The notes below the pieces were generated by a model. The model saw nothing but the letters and a program-made list of their open reading frames with translations. It searched no databases and had not been told where the DNA came from. From Eledone cirrhosa (Eukaryota), in contig OZ024750.1 in assembly GCA_964016885.1 (NCBI GenBank), positions 47,430,001 through 47,494,000 of the forward strand: DNA of 64,000 nucleotides. The letters run 5' to 3'. The translations under genes were made by a program, and so were the position numbers. Shown one piece after another: positions 13,702-27,397 of the stretch (its first letter is position 1; each line of letters begins with the position of its first letter).

Positions 13702-14914
13702 TATAAAACACAATATGAGGTTGCAGCAATTCCGCGAAATGCTTAGACGCTCATTTAACATTAAAATTCAGTTCCTCTTTTCTAATTTCGAACGCACAGA
13801 AATACAAAAACGATGATATATATGTGCATTAGCCAGTGCGCATAACAAGAGAGAAATGAGTAAAGCAAATGACAGAAATTTATGTATAACCCTTATTTAT
13901 ACATATCTACCAAATCATATTTTATTTTAATTTAATTATTATGCTAACGCTAAATCAGATGAAGCCAGTAGCTATTCACAGCGGATGAGTGAACTGACTA
14001 TGGATTAGTTCTTAGGTTAAGTTCTATAACGTCAGTGCCCATATATACAATGAAATATTATCGTCGCATATAAGATCGTGACACGTGAGCATGTATCTCA
14101 ATACTCCCGGGTATTCAGACATTTGGAATGTGCGCACACACACGCATAAACATATTTATTTTCTTCTTCCTTCTTTTCCTATGTTTCATTCAAGATGAAC
14201 ACGCACATTATATATACATATATATAAAAACACCCACAAGGAATACAATTTCTAATGTTTATTTCCTAATATACTGCTCTTTATCTCTCCCTTCTTCAAT
14301 CTCAGTGTGATTTTATTTCGTATGTCATGTCTAGTTGAACTAACAGACAGGAGGAAACGATGTAGTTCCGTTGTTTGGCTGGTTAACGAAAAGAGATAAA
14401 ACGTGTGGTGTTGTATCGCCCGCCAGTCACATACATGCACACATAATTACATACATATCGACGCACTAAAACCATTATAAAGTATATATTACACATATTT
14501 CGGAAGTAGAAGATTGCATCAAAATATAGAAATATAATATGTAAGAGAAGACCGCGAGCCGGATAATCAATTAAAACCACTAATATCGTGTTAAATAAAG
14601 AAATAAAGATAAGAGGATTGGATTAGACCAAATATAAACTACCAGATAGAAAATAATTAATGATCTCAACAGACTCGAAAATACACAAATATACAACATT
14701 ATTATATAGTCAATAATCATTATTGCAGACACATTAAATTAGTACAAAACAGAGCTAAATGCCAAAAATAAAGAAATACTTATTAATACTCCAGCTGTTG
14801 CAGCAATATTTTATAGTTACAAGATTGTCAAATCAAGAATGAATTAGCAAGTCTACATTGGAAAACAACTAAAATATGATAACATGTTAACATATAAAAT
14901 GGAAAATTGAATCC

Positions 14915-15045
14915 GGTTACTGATTTCAGTCATTACATTACGGCCATGCTGGGTCATCTCATAAAATGTATTATAGTCGCGTATATCTATCCAACTATAA
15001 TAGTTGATTTAAATCTGGTTGTGTACTCGGATTCATTTTGGATGG
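14915..15045 (-). mobile_element. decayed SINE fragment (octopus-type)
   Basis: tttcagtcatt..cggccatgctgg resembles, from memory, an abundant octopus SINE 3' region. Heavily diverged. Confidence 0.4.
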
Positions 15046-15242
15046 ATTTATAATGTACTTTGCGTAAACACAGAGATACAAATATTAATTCGGACACAAT
15101 CATATTCAATAGAAGAACATATATCTCTGTATACCTTTCTATTTAATATTTTACGACGAAGAACTGGGGTCCGATACGTAAAGATGCTTTCCCTACAAAA
15201 TCAAGCCCTAAACTAATATATAATGTTCATTGTACGTTGTCG

Positions 15243-15280
<38 letters not shown>

Positions 15281-15382
15281 TGGACCGGCAATCGCTCTGA
15301 ATAATCAGCTCCTGATTATTACTGTAATTCTATAAGTATTCAGCTTCTATAATTATAAGTGGAAGCAGGCGAGTGCGTGTTT

Positions 15383-15416
15383 CTGATGAACACCAAGCAG
15401 CGTGAAACAGACTGTC
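15383..15416 (+). ncRNA. hammerhead-like core (family G)
   Basis: CUGAUGA AC..GU GAAA CAG a CUG UC. Stem III is near-palindromic and the triplet is GUC, but stem I is weak. It sits in an island of about 260 bp between TA tracts. Confidence 0.55.
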
Positions 15417-15566
15417 AGTTTGTCTCCTTTCTTTTGTCGAAAAGATGTAAGTGACATAGTCTCTACTTTAAAACTGATAGCGTATGGTCTTCTAAATGGT
15501 TTTTTTAATTAAACATACGGTATAATGCCAAATATACTATACATACATTCATATATATATATATTC

Positions 15567-15705
15567 GGTGGGGTTCTACAGTTTACCCTCTACCGAATTT
15601 CCCTCACAAGTGTTTGGTCAAACATATTTTGGAAAGAGGCACATTCCCCCAAAGGGAATGAAATCTAAACCATTTCGTTGCTAAGAGGACATATTAATCA
15701 CTCAT
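15567..15705 (-). mobile_element. decayed tRNA-SINE fragment
   Basis: ttctacagttt..ctaccgaatt..ctcacaag..tttggtc followed by a degenerate tRNA-like head. A possibly related piece lies at about 54570-54660. Confidence 0.4.
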
Positions 15706-15912
15706 TTATGTTAGTGAATATATGTGTAAGTATTTTATAAAAAGGATTAATCGTAAACGTTGGCCCTCAGTAAATGGGAACAGAACTGTTAAAGTTGTAA
15801 ATAAATAAAGAAGAGTAATACAAATTAGTAAAATAAAATGATAAAACAATATTTGATATCGACAAGGACAAAGACATGTAAACCACTAATAGAGTTTCTA
15901 TTAGATACACTA

Positions 15913-16082
15913 ATAATTGTTTTTATTTTTGGCACAAGGCCAGCAATTTTCCAGTACAAAACTGTTACTTTATTTTATCGACACCATAAGGACGAAAGGC
16001 AAAGTTAACCTCGGCGGGATTTGAACTCAGATCATAAAGGGATTTAACTCTATGCTTCAAAGCATGGTGTGTGACTCTCTAA
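15913..16082 (-). mobile_element. Nin-like SINE
   Basis: Homologous to 23799-23988. Confidence 0.85.
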
Positions 16083-17146
16083 TAATAAAGAAGGAAACTT
16101 ATGATGTCAATAATGACAACATTATTGTTGTACGTATCTTATTATCACAGTCCAAGATGGTATGCTATATATAACAGTAGTACAGTATATATGGAACAAT
16201 ATAAGAAAAGGGTTTTGCTTTTTTGGTAATACTTAGAAGTTCAGCTAAACACAACGTGTTTATGTATATTAATTAGCGACATCTGGAAGTGAGGAAAAAT
16301 ACAAATGCTATCTTAATAGCAGTATTCTAGGATCCAAATAGGGGGTATTCAGCTTATAGGTTCAAATGTAATACAAGATTAAATATATGGATCTGGAAAT
16401 CTTTGGAGAAGTAAATATTTACTGAGAGAAATGGGTATTGAACCATGTGCTTATAATGGAAAAGTCACCGTATATGCGTATATAATTACATGTGTATATC
16501 ACTTGATTTACTTAACAAAAAACGGTGAATAAGACAGTCACTATGCGTTCTGAATTATTGTGCTATTCATTTTAATATCAAAGTATATGGTTCCTTTACT
16601 AGCAATATGTTAGCAAAGTTCTCAACCAACACCCAATATGTTCTAATTACACATTAAAATTGAAATATTTTCAACTCTCACGGAAATTGTTTTAAAGTCG
16701 CCATATTCACTAATCTATATTTTCACATATAATCGCAGGCAAACTTTCTCCGCGAGGTCACGTCATTGAAGGATAATATTTTTTAGAAATTTTCAAACGT
16801 TTTTGTAAAACAATTTCCAATATATATAATTATATAATTGTTTTTAATATTTGCATCCATGTATAGTATTTGTTTATAGATTCTATCGATTACGTTTGGT
16901 ATTCGTTTATTCCCGTTTAGAAAATCATATATTCTCATTTGTTGAACAAGCAACGTCGGAAATATGTTTTCCTTAACCTTACAGAAATTCAAATCGACGT
17001 GTGCCCATGTTAGCTTCAACTGACACATGCATGTAACTACACAATCTCGTGTATATATCTTTACACACATATTTTTATAAGATCTTCCTAAACTTGTGAG
17101 TCAGAACACAAACTGAAATATATCATATGAAAATATCAGCTATGTT

Positions 17147-17252
<106 letters not shown>

Positions 17253-17865
17253 CCAGTACATCAAATTGCTTCTTTAATCTGCCTAGTGGATAAATTATAT
17301 TTGTCGATGTGTGCCTGTATGTATGCGAATATATGTGATACGTGTGTATGTATTTTTATATGTACTTCTATATGTGAATGAATTGATATATGTTTGTATG
17401 TGTATGTGTTTACGTATCTGTAACAGTATTTGGCCGATTGGTTCTATATGTGTAGTTGGTGATTGCACAAACCATTTGATGTTCACTTACCACTAAATCA
17501 CACTATCATTGACTAGTTAATTCCTAGAAATATGATATACACAGTCAATGTCGGCGTATTTCATTACTGTCATTATAATTAATTTGACCACATATTTTAA
17601 TATATATTTCGCATGAAACTAATTGCATTTTAACATTAATTGATTGATTCATTTATACATTTATATATTTATATTGAGTAGTATTGTATTTATATTGTAT
17701 CAGCTTTATTTTCATTTGTTTTCTTTAACATTCAAAATGGAATCCTTACACATCGGATTAATAAATGTGTTCAACATTTGTTTCTGAAAGAAACCTGGAA
17801 GCCATGCATTTTCAATTTTGATCGTATGAACTTGCACGACTACCATCAATTATATTACACATTAC

Positions 17866-18017
17866 CTTTTTCCATGAAACGACCATAAACGATGTTCCGT
17901 TGTACACATCCACACACAACGAATCATACTTATGGGCTGATGAGTAGTTGGACTGATGTGGAGTAAATGCCATAATTAAAACATTAACATAGATTACATG
18001 TTCACTTCGTATCATTA
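17866..18017 (-). CDS. candidate host-gene exon (unidentified)
   Basis: Acceptor ttgcag| and donor AAG|gtaatg bracket a 152-nt open frame, MIRSEHVIYVNVLIMAF...CVDVYNGTSFMVVSWKK. No recognised homology. Confidence 0.3.
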
Positions 18018-19403
18018 CTGCAAATTATTTGTAAAATACATTTTTTGCTATGCAACTAAAACCTACATCCTGGCCTGCCATGTTACAATGGCTTCACCAT
18101 GACACAATTAAATCTCTGACACAATCACATATTAATTATTTGTTCCTTTGTCCATTTAATACAATACGACTATGTTGCATTTTTTTTTTAAACGGGCATC
18201 TGCCTTTCTGCGACGTGATTGTTTCTTTGTAGACTTTGAAATATAGATGCTTGAACGGAAATCATCGTACACACTCCCATTAATTTGGTAAAGTATAACA
18301 TATTTTGAACATTGCATCTCCTCATACGATTACCCCATGGAGAAAAGAGGGAAAAACCATACATGTATTTACGGTATTGTATGAAGAATATATAAAATCG
18401 AAACTTCTGGAATTATGAGAGTTAACTGAACAGCACAGTAGGTGTGCGATCTTTTGTATTTTCAACCGATGATTTGTATTAACCTACACCACCACGATAC
18501 TCACTTATTATGAAGTCAGGTTTAGCAACGTCATTCTGGTAATAGTGTTCAGAAATGCTGAATATTTAAATGAAATTACATTTATGTCGCTTGATCGTGT
18601 GTGTGTAGGTAAATATAGTGTTTGACACAGGAAATTATTCTACACTTTACAAAGACGACGATGCGTCAGATAATAATACATCGGCAAATCTGAGATAATT
18701 ACGATAACATTTGAGAGGCATGTGAAAAACAATGTGAAAAGAAATAAAAAGGTTGGAAATGAAATTATACATGCTGAAAGTATTTGAGCAAATGGTGTGT
18801 GTGTGGGAGGAGGGGGGGGCAGCGAACGAAGCAGACATATAAATGAAACAAAAACGTAATACAAAATAATATAGCAGAGACGGCATAAAATTGTCACCTA
18901 TAGTTCACCTTTTTTATATTATATATTCGGGAAAATATTAAATGTAGTTTTGCATTAGCATATAATGGAACAAGATGAAATGAGATACAATTTTTCAATA
19001 ACCAGGAACGTTCGATTTTCTTTTTCTTTATTTACAAAAAGCTTACACAAGCATCAATGAAATTGGTTAGACGCAACTATTGAATGGCAAACTAAGGAGA
19101 AAAAATATTTCAACGGAAATAAATAAACGTTAAACGAATATATAGTGAAAACATTATATAACTAGAAACGGAAAATTTTAAAGGAAAAACAAATTATAAA
19201 ACAGACAAGAATTATAAATGGAACGGTTTAAACATGAACAAAAGTGGTGGAAAAAAGAAGTTTGGAAGGAAAGAAATCGTATGCTAGAAATCGAGAGAAT
19301 GAGTTATATGTGTGATCGAGAGAAAACTAACTGGCACATACTGATATGATATACGTAACGGCAGGCACGGACACACACACAGACAAATACATATCTACAT
19401 ATG

Positions 19404-19530
<127 letters not shown>

Positions 19531-19866
19531 ATGTGTGTGTATGTGTGTGGGGGTGATGGGAGAAAACGAGAACACTGCAGAAGCAGTGGAATGGAAAATG
19601 TTTAATAAAAGTTATAGTAAATTACGGAGCAAGGAGGAATGAATAAAAAACAGAGCGAAAAGATCATAGGAGAATAAGTGAAAGAGGAACATATACGGGG
19701 TGAAATAGAGGGGGTGTTCTAATAAATAATTGATATGAATTAATTAAACTTCTCGGTGGAGAAATATATCTCAGCATTAACTCTCTCCTTAACATCGTAA
19801 AGTTAATGACGGCAATAAGGGTTAAAATATATATATAGAGAAATATATATATTTGTATATGTATGA

Positions 19867-19908
<42 letters not shown>

Positions 19909-19926
19909 GTACCGGCATACATATGT

Positions 19927-20135
19927 ATAATTAAATGAATAAAAATCAGTGTTGCATCATATACAGATTTATTATATATTACATATGACATATGTTTCAC
20001 TATCGTTCAGCTCAAGGAACGATCTATTGATAATCGAACCTGACTCTGGAATTGGAAGCTCATCAGACAGTGAAACATATGTAATATGTAATAAATATGC
20101 ATATGATACAACACTGATCTTTGTTCATTTAATAA
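19927..20135. mobile_element. family O fold-back element with hammerhead-like motif
   Basis: Inverted-repeat arms at about 19927-20004 and 20066-20135. The minus strand 20066-19982 reads CUGAUGA..long stem II..GAAA CAUAUG UC. Confidence 0.55.
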
Positions 20136-20289
20136 TATTGATACACTGCTCCCAAAGAGCATCGAGTGCGCACCCGGTATACCGCCTACGGACGCAATTA
20201 ACATGCACCTTAACACAAACACACATGCACACATACACACACACAAACACAGACACAACACGCATATCCGTAATGCATGTATATATATG

Positions 20290-20382
20290 TGTTTCTACTG
20301 TTGGCGCAAGGCCAGCATTACTGGTACTTTATTTTATCGTCCCCGTAAGGATGAAAGGCAAAGTTAACCTCGGGGGCATTTG
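20290..20382 (-). mobile_element. Nin-like SINE fragment
   Basis: Partial copy of the same SINE family. Confidence 0.75.
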
Positions 20383-20471
20383 CATGTGTATATTATATAT
20401 ATATACATATATATATATATTTATATTTATGTATGTGTGTGTGGTGGTGGTGAAAGAGAAAGAGTAATAAT

Positions 20472-20667
20472 TGTGTCTACTTTTGGCACAAGGCCAGCAA
20501 TTAACCATTGTATTACTGGTACTTTATTTCATCGACCCCGTAAGGATGAAACGCAAAGTTAACCTTGGCGCGATTTGAACTCAGAATGGCAAGGGCCGTA
20601 ACTCTATGCGTCAAATCATGGCGTCCGACCCTCTACCGATACTACCAATCTACCGATACTGCCAATC
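20472..20667 (-). mobile_element. Nin-like SINE with 17-bp TSD
   Basis: agagaaagagtaataat at 20455-20471 and 20668-20684. Confidence 0.9.
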
Positions 20668-23369
20668 AGAGAAAGAGTAATAATGAAAGATTAGAACGGG
20701 GCGGGAACAAGAAGATGTAGTCAATCAAAGCAATTTAGTTGGGTTATCAGCTTACATTTGTCTCTACATACCTGCATTAATTCCAGGAAGAGCCACACTT
20801 TTAACCCCAGTTACACCCGGGCAGGGACTTAGATTACACACCTCTCTTTTGGGTAGGAAACACGTGCACTAAAGGGTTAAGCCCAACATGTTTTTTTCTG
20901 GTACTTCTTTGAGCAACGTTATATGAAGTATCTTGTTCAAAGATGGAAGCCATCGCCTCATTTCATGCGTCTTTGCTGCAACTTCATATTTCGCTGCCAC
21001 TATATGACAATATGTGGTCCGTCTTAACAATATGTGATGCCGTCTTAACATCGTTTCCTCAAGGTTTTTTTTTCAGAAAGATAAGATTTGAAATTTCAGT
21101 ATGTATGACGTCATATGTTTGCCGAGCCATACACAATTTCAGGTCATGTGTCTTTTGTAATGAAAACATTTATATATAATCTTTAGGCTTCTCTCACATC
21201 ACCCTTCATCCGTATTCTATACTGTATGTTAACTCCCACATCTAACTAACTACTCCGGCTGTTTATATATTTTCTTCTCTAGATCTACAACCGTATGGAA
21301 CTTGGTCACCACTACGGTATTTAGTCTATAACGCAGAATCACTCAATTCAAGCATCGTTCAGCATACAATGTGTTATAGTGTGCGTAATCACTGAGAAAC
21401 TAAATTATTCCGGCCGTTTTATCTCCCCCACCGCCGCAACCAACTAAAACTTTGTTACAATCCATCATATTTCCTTTAGACATCGACGAGATATGCTAAA
21501 TCTGAATATCGATTATGTCAATATTTCCAATCTCTGGGCGAGTTCAAATACCATTTTCTGTCACTTTCTCTGCTAACAATTTTATTAAAACTTAATACAA
21601 AATCGCTATATTAAAAAGTTGAATCACGTTGTATAATGGAAACGTTATTTGCCTCTTTTGGAAATAACAATTTAACCACGAGCAAGTATTTCAAATCTAA
21701 TATTGTTCCATTGTTAAACAATATTTTCTGCTAAATATCCTCTAGGTTATGATACTTTGTTTTCTAGTTTCTTTGTCTTTTCGCTTCTTTGTCTTCTAGC
21801 CTTCTTCTAGTATATTCTTTTCATTATTCTTTCAATTTAACCTATCCGTCGTCTATCTAGATTCTATTAAAACAAAAGAATACATTTGTTATTTTTTTAA
21901 AAGAACCAAAACTTTAATTTTCCGCAGTAAGCCCTTCTATAAATGAGAATACTATCTCGTACATGAATAGCAAAGGAAAACAAGAACAACACAACATTCT
22001 TGCATTTTTCATAATTCCATTCATTATTTTCTTTCGAATTGAATAACAGAAACCCAATAAGCTAGCTCGATAAAGGAAATAAAAAAATACATTTGAAAAT
22101 GAAAATGAAATGAATGAATACAAAAATAAAAGGAAATGCAGACAAAAGTTCAGCGTCTGACATAAAGGTTGAAGCCACTGAATAGGTCAGTAGATATTAA
22201 GCGAATCATGTGATTAGGCAATTTTCTTGAAGTAGGATAATCAGAAATTTTAGAGTAAGAAAAATGTCAACTTCCACTGTATTTCAAAATGGCTGGATGA
22301 TTATTAAACGGATACGTAAGACTCATATATTGAAATTATTCGTTTGGGTGGAGAAAGACAGTGATGTACTTGAAATAATTTGAAGTTATGTTCATTGCAA
22401 TGAGAGAAACATAAAAATTCAACATGTAATTAGAATCTCAATACAGTTCATTTTACGCTTTGAAAATTCTAATTAAATTTAGAAAATTAGGGAAATAAAA
22501 ATAGAAAATAAAAAGAGTATGGAAATGCCATAAAGAAAGACAAAACAAAACAAAACATAAATCTTGACATCTGAATTGTTCCTTGTATTATTTCAATTAA
22601 ATTATGTAGGATGAAACATTCTCTTTTAGGGTTTCTTCTTGTTTATTTTTATTTTATATTTTCTATTTTTGGAGTATGATATCGTCACTATTGTCATAGA
22701 GTAGTAATTTAGAAGAAATCTTTGATAACACAGAAGTCGAATGCTGGTCAGAAAATTAATAAAAGAAAATAGTAAACAGATCAGATTAATCAAATGAAAC
22801 GTAACTGAACAGGATTTCCTATAATTGATCTTTCAAATTATCTTCGTGGTGGTATGTTTCGATTCATTCTTCATATCATATTCTTTTTAAAACAACGTTG
22901 TTATTCTATTCAACTTTATATGTAACTACATGTGTGTTAGACCGACATTTTCCGAGTGTTTGTAAAGCTAAAGGTTGCGCTACATATAAATTACATTCCA
23001 GTTAGAAGAACAAATATTGTTTACTTTAACTGCAGTACTGTTTTGTAACTTAATTAGTCTTACAGCGACTTATATAAGAAGAATGATTATGACAACCGAC
23101 AAAACTGTATTCAGAAACAAACAAACCAAATATGGCCAAAACAAATAGTATAGATTTATTTTAATCAAGAGCTAAAATGTAATGTATGTTTTTTATTTTA
23201 ATATTTAGGCGTTTAATACATATTCTTATATATCTATAAAGAGAAAGGATATGACGATCTGACATTGCTTTTAATATCTTAACCACTTAGGTTCGGCATT
23301 CCACACTATTTGGTTGCTTTGATAGACATCAATCTAACAGAAATTACAACTATATCCCGTTCAAATTAC

Positions 23370-23611
23370 CCGACAGAATATCCAAAATTAAAGCACAATT
23401 TGAAAATATTTTCTTGGGAAATGAATGATGCACATAGATATTTCAGGCTCTCATTCGATGTGATGAAAATATTTTCCAGTTGAATGGCCAGGATCAATGA
23501 AAAATAAATCGTCCTCCATTGCCTTAAACTGGTATCTGCTGACGAAATATAAAACTGCAGGGGAAGCCCTGATGAAGAAGAGCTTTGCTGTAGCTGCAAA
23601 CGGATATAGAT
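23370..23611 (-). CDS. candidate host-gene exon (unidentified)
   Basis: Acceptor tttcag| and donor GG|gtaatt bracket an open frame, IYIRLQLQQSSSS...FNFGYSV. It appears more GC-rich than its flanks. No recognised homology. Confidence 0.25.
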
Positions 23612-23798
23612 CTGAAATGTTGGACATGTTATTTCACGCATTCGTCATTGTGCCTAATTCAAGCGGATGCTGATCCTCTATAGGCTACCGACATACGTTT
23701 GCCTGATACCCAGTTTGGATACGGTTTGTGCGTGACTTCTAAAATAATATTACCTAGCAAATATTCCGTCATTATAACGTAAGTCATAATGACGTAAG

Positions 23799-23988
23799 GG
23801 TGGTGAATTGGTAGTATCGGTAGAGGGTTGGACGCCATGCTTTCTAGCGTAGTTACGTCCCTTTACAGTCTAAGTTCAAATCCCGCCGAGGTTAACTTTG
23901 CCTTTCATCCTTACGGGGTCGATAAAATAAAGTACCAGTAATGTACTGGGTAATTGCTGGCCTTGTGCCTAAAGTAGAAACAATTATA
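23799..23988 (+). mobile_element. tRNA-related SINE with Nin-like domain (reference copy)
   Basis: GGTGAATTGG head, AGTTCAAATCC B box, GCCGAGGTTAACTTTGCCTTTCATCCTTACGGGGTCGATAAAATAAAGTACCAG core and an AAT-type tail. At least nine copies are present in the window. Confidence 0.9.
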
Positions 23989-24170
23989 ACGTAAGTCAGA
24001 ACGATTTGCACTAAACCTTGCTCTTGGAGCATTGAGCTCAATCTCCTTGCATTTCATTATATCACATTCGATAAATATACTATTGGTAGAGTTCTGGGAT
24101 CGATGACTTTTCTCTCTCACACCGTCACTTTCTCTTTTATTGTTGAAGAACAAAAGAGTGAGATAAAAAG

Positions 24171-24245
<75 letters not shown>

Positions 24246-25236
24246 GAATAACATATAGAAAGGGGTGATGTGCTCCGTTATGTTTAAATTCCAACAACTA
24301 TTAATATTGAGGAAAATATGCATGGATAGATGTATTTATTAGATGTGGACTTTTTGTCAATTCCACTGGTTAATATGTTGACGCCTCGTGAATAGTATGC
24401 CAGGACTAATGTTTTCCATGCTCACATTAATCCCTGGATCAGCCCTAAAACAGCAGGCATATGATCTAATACATTTTTGTCATGATCATATCGTCTTCAG
24501 TTACAATATGTTGTCCTTTGTTTGAGAGGGTAGAATCTGTTTAGAGGTATATTTGGTTGTTAATTTCGTAGGTCGAGTGACTTGTATTAGCTACCTCGTG
24601 GAATATGGGGTCTCATAACAAAAATATGCAACGCTTGCGGGTGCTGGTGGTTTGAAGGTTGACACCAAATACAATGCGATTTTGTTAAATGTTATAAAGC
24701 AGAAACAAACATATCTGCACACAAACAAAACACGCTACTTTAACATAGCAGTTTCAGGCTGTATAAAATAATACACTTTGATCTATATAGTTAGTAAAAC
24801 ACAATATATTTCAATGAATAAATATATATATTCGTTATATAGATATATTCTAAGATCTATCACATACCGCGTGGACTCATTTCACTTATTGTATATGATA
24901 TATCTTGTTTGGTTATTGAAGAGATCATTTTTGTGATTATACATACACAACGAATGTTGAAATAACAGAGAGGAATAGCATACTATACGCGTTATAAATA
25001 TTGAACACAACCAGTGTATTCAATCACACTGTGTGTCGATATGGAGTCAACTACTTATCTGGCTAATGGTATGTGGACATGATATCAATAGAGAAAGTAG
25101 AGAGCAAATTATCTTGAATAACTGCTTCAGCTAAAATCACAGCACACTAAATGAATAACAAGATTCTGTAATTATATTCACTCTCATAATCTATATCTAT
25201 CTCTCTCTCTCTATATATATATACATATATATATTT

Positions 25237-25295
<59 letters not shown>

Positions 25296-25298
<3 letters not shown>

Positions 25299-25440
25299 GA
25301 TATTAAACAAATGGAAACTATATTTATAAAACCATATTTATTTCATTATACATATTTCAGGGATACCATATTAAAAATATGGCATGCCTTCTTCAGATAA
25401 AATACAATATATAAGCTGTTTTATAAGTAAATTTATATAT
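25296..25440 (-). mobile_element. family H single-arm copy with hammerhead (25339-25404)
   Basis: Homolog of 47703-47830. Reads CUGAAGA AGGcAU..CCAUA..UAUGGUAUCCCU GAAA UAUGUA UA. Confidence 0.7.
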
Positions 25441-25446
25441 ATATAT

Positions 25447-25537
<91 letters not shown>

Positions 25538-25635
25538 TATATTTACCAACATATGCGTACATATGTGTACTAATGCTAGCAAATACATAGGTTACGTCAT
25601 AGTACCTAGGTGGTTCAATGCAGGAGCATGCAATT

Positions 25636-25751
25636 ATATGAAAGACGTAAAATAAGAAAACTTAAAAAGTTAAAAATTAACTTACTTACTAAAGTGAACA
25701 TTTTAGTAGGTAAGTTAATTTTTAATTTTTAAAATTTTCTTATTTTACGTC

Positions 25752-25760
<9 letters not shown>
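25636..25760. repeat. about 125 bp palindrome abutting (TA)n
   Basis: tatgaaagacgtaaaataagaaaa... pairs with ...ttttcttattttacgtctttcata. No ribozyme core seen. Confidence 0.8.
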
Positions 25761-25838
<78 letters not shown>

Positions 25839-25888
25839 TACATACATACATAGATGCATATAGATGTACGTGTATGTTTGCATATCTA

Positions 25889-25931
<43 letters not shown>

Positions 25932-26304
25932 TCCCTTTTTGGCATATTATAAATAGTGCAACTTTGATTATCGTGTCCTTGAACTCTGCTGATGATCGAC
26001 TCCAACCGTGACCATGCCCATTGAAAGTTTCATGAAATAGTATTTTAAGACTATGCAGAGCATTTGTAGTTTTTCCAAATTGAAGGATGAGTATTTTAAA
26101 TTTTATTTTATTCTGAGTTAACGCTCTATTGATTTTTCCATGGATTTCACCAAATTCTGTGGATGAATCAATGTCCTGATTCGTTTTGAATTGAGTTTAA
26201 ATTATTTTCCCACATCTTACGTTAACTATTTTTCCATGTTGACGCTATAGTCACATATGTATTATGGAATACTGTAGGCTTGTTTCTACAATAATGTCTA
26301 TACT

Positions 26305-26347
<43 letters not shown>

Positions 26348-26350
26348 TAT

Positions 26351-26531
26351 ATAACGATGGAGTTGTGGTAAGATACCAGGTGGACCATAATGCACCAGAG
26401 TACTCAATACTTAGGGTAGTAGAGTGGGTAATAGGAACATGTATGACCCCTACTGCAGAGCTCAAGCCGTTTCGACGGCTATTTCAGTCCAGAAATAGCT
26501 TGAACTCTGCCGTCGTGGTCATACATTTTCA
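26351..26531. mobile_element. PLE family A terminal fragment with inverted piece
   Basis: Minus-strand terminus at 26351-26485, then the plus-strand piece cagtccagaaatagc..ctgccgtc. Confidence 0.85.
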
Positions 26532-26799
26532 TATATATATTTATATAGGATAACAAGTTATCGTTATAGGTAATCGACGTCGTGGATAGTTTTAACGTAC
26601 TCTCATGTGTTGACCAGATGTAAATAAGGTATTGGAGATCGAGTGACAACATTTCAAGCGATTAGCGAACACTAGCTTAACCTGATCAACGAAACAATTG
26701 TCTGTACTTCAAATAAAGCCCCTTATTGTACAGCCAACCATGTTACTCTTCACTCTTTAACTATATATATATATATATATATAGTTTTAATACAGATGA

Positions 26800-26848
26800 G
26801 ATTCTACAGGACTAGAACTGTTTCATTCTTTAGAAATCATCAGGAATC
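26800..26848 (-). ncRNA. type I hammerhead (family B) in fold-back element 26783-26977
   Basis: GAUUC CUGAUGA uUUC-uaaa-GAAu GAAA CAG-uucuaguc-CUG UA GAAUC. Stem I is 5 bp, stem III is 4 bp, and the triplet is GUA. Confidence 0.8.
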
Positions 26849-27143
26849 AAGAGATTCTCATCTATATAATTGAGAACGTAGAAGCTGTAGAATCTCATCT
26901 ATATTAAAACTTTTATACTCTGCAATGTATTGAGTACCTTACTTATGTGGTTACCTCCAACTCAACCCGGAATAACGTATATATATATATATATAGATTT
27001 CGAGTTTATGTTGGTTGTATACCAACACCTCAGTATGCAGACTGGAGCACTCGACGAAGTGCGCAGGTTGGTTTGGTTACTCCGGAGTATTGTAAAAGAA
27101 AGTTAAATAAAAGTCAAATGATTAACATTTAGCTTCGTTTATT

Positions 27144-27198
27144 ACTGCTATATATATTTCAGTGACAGCCATCTTTGGCTGTGACCTCTTCAGGCAGT
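27144..27198 (-). ncRNA. type I hammerhead (family I, mirror copy)
   Basis: Reverse complement of the 27343-27397 motif with the core intact. Confidence 0.85.
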
Positions 27199-27342
27199 TT
27201 GAATTAGTATGGTATAGACAAGTACATATGACTCCAGTTCCTCAGTGAATTAACAACCCAACAAGGAACTGGGCATATCAGAGTATTGACAATATTATAC
27301 ACCTAAACAACATATGTACTTGTCTATACCATACTAATTCAA

Positions 27343-27397
27343 ACTGCCTGAAGAGGTCACAGCCAGAGATGGCTGTCACTGAAATATATATAGCAGT
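27343..27397 (+). ncRNA. type I hammerhead (family I)
   Basis: ACUGC CUGAAGA GGUcACAGCCA-gaga-UGGCUGUcACU GAAA UAUAUA UA GCAGU. Stem I is perfect and stem III is the palindrome AUAUAUAU. Predicted cut after 27392. Confidence 0.85.

Noticed and set aside
17935-17960. Isolated CTGATGA boxes (also near 23569, 25989, 36004 and 39021)
   Set aside because: No matching GAAA with closing stems was found. Such boxes are expected by chance.
26680-26705. ctgatcaacgaaacaattgtc, similar to the family M stem III
   Set aside because: G8 is absent, and there is no stem II or stem I.
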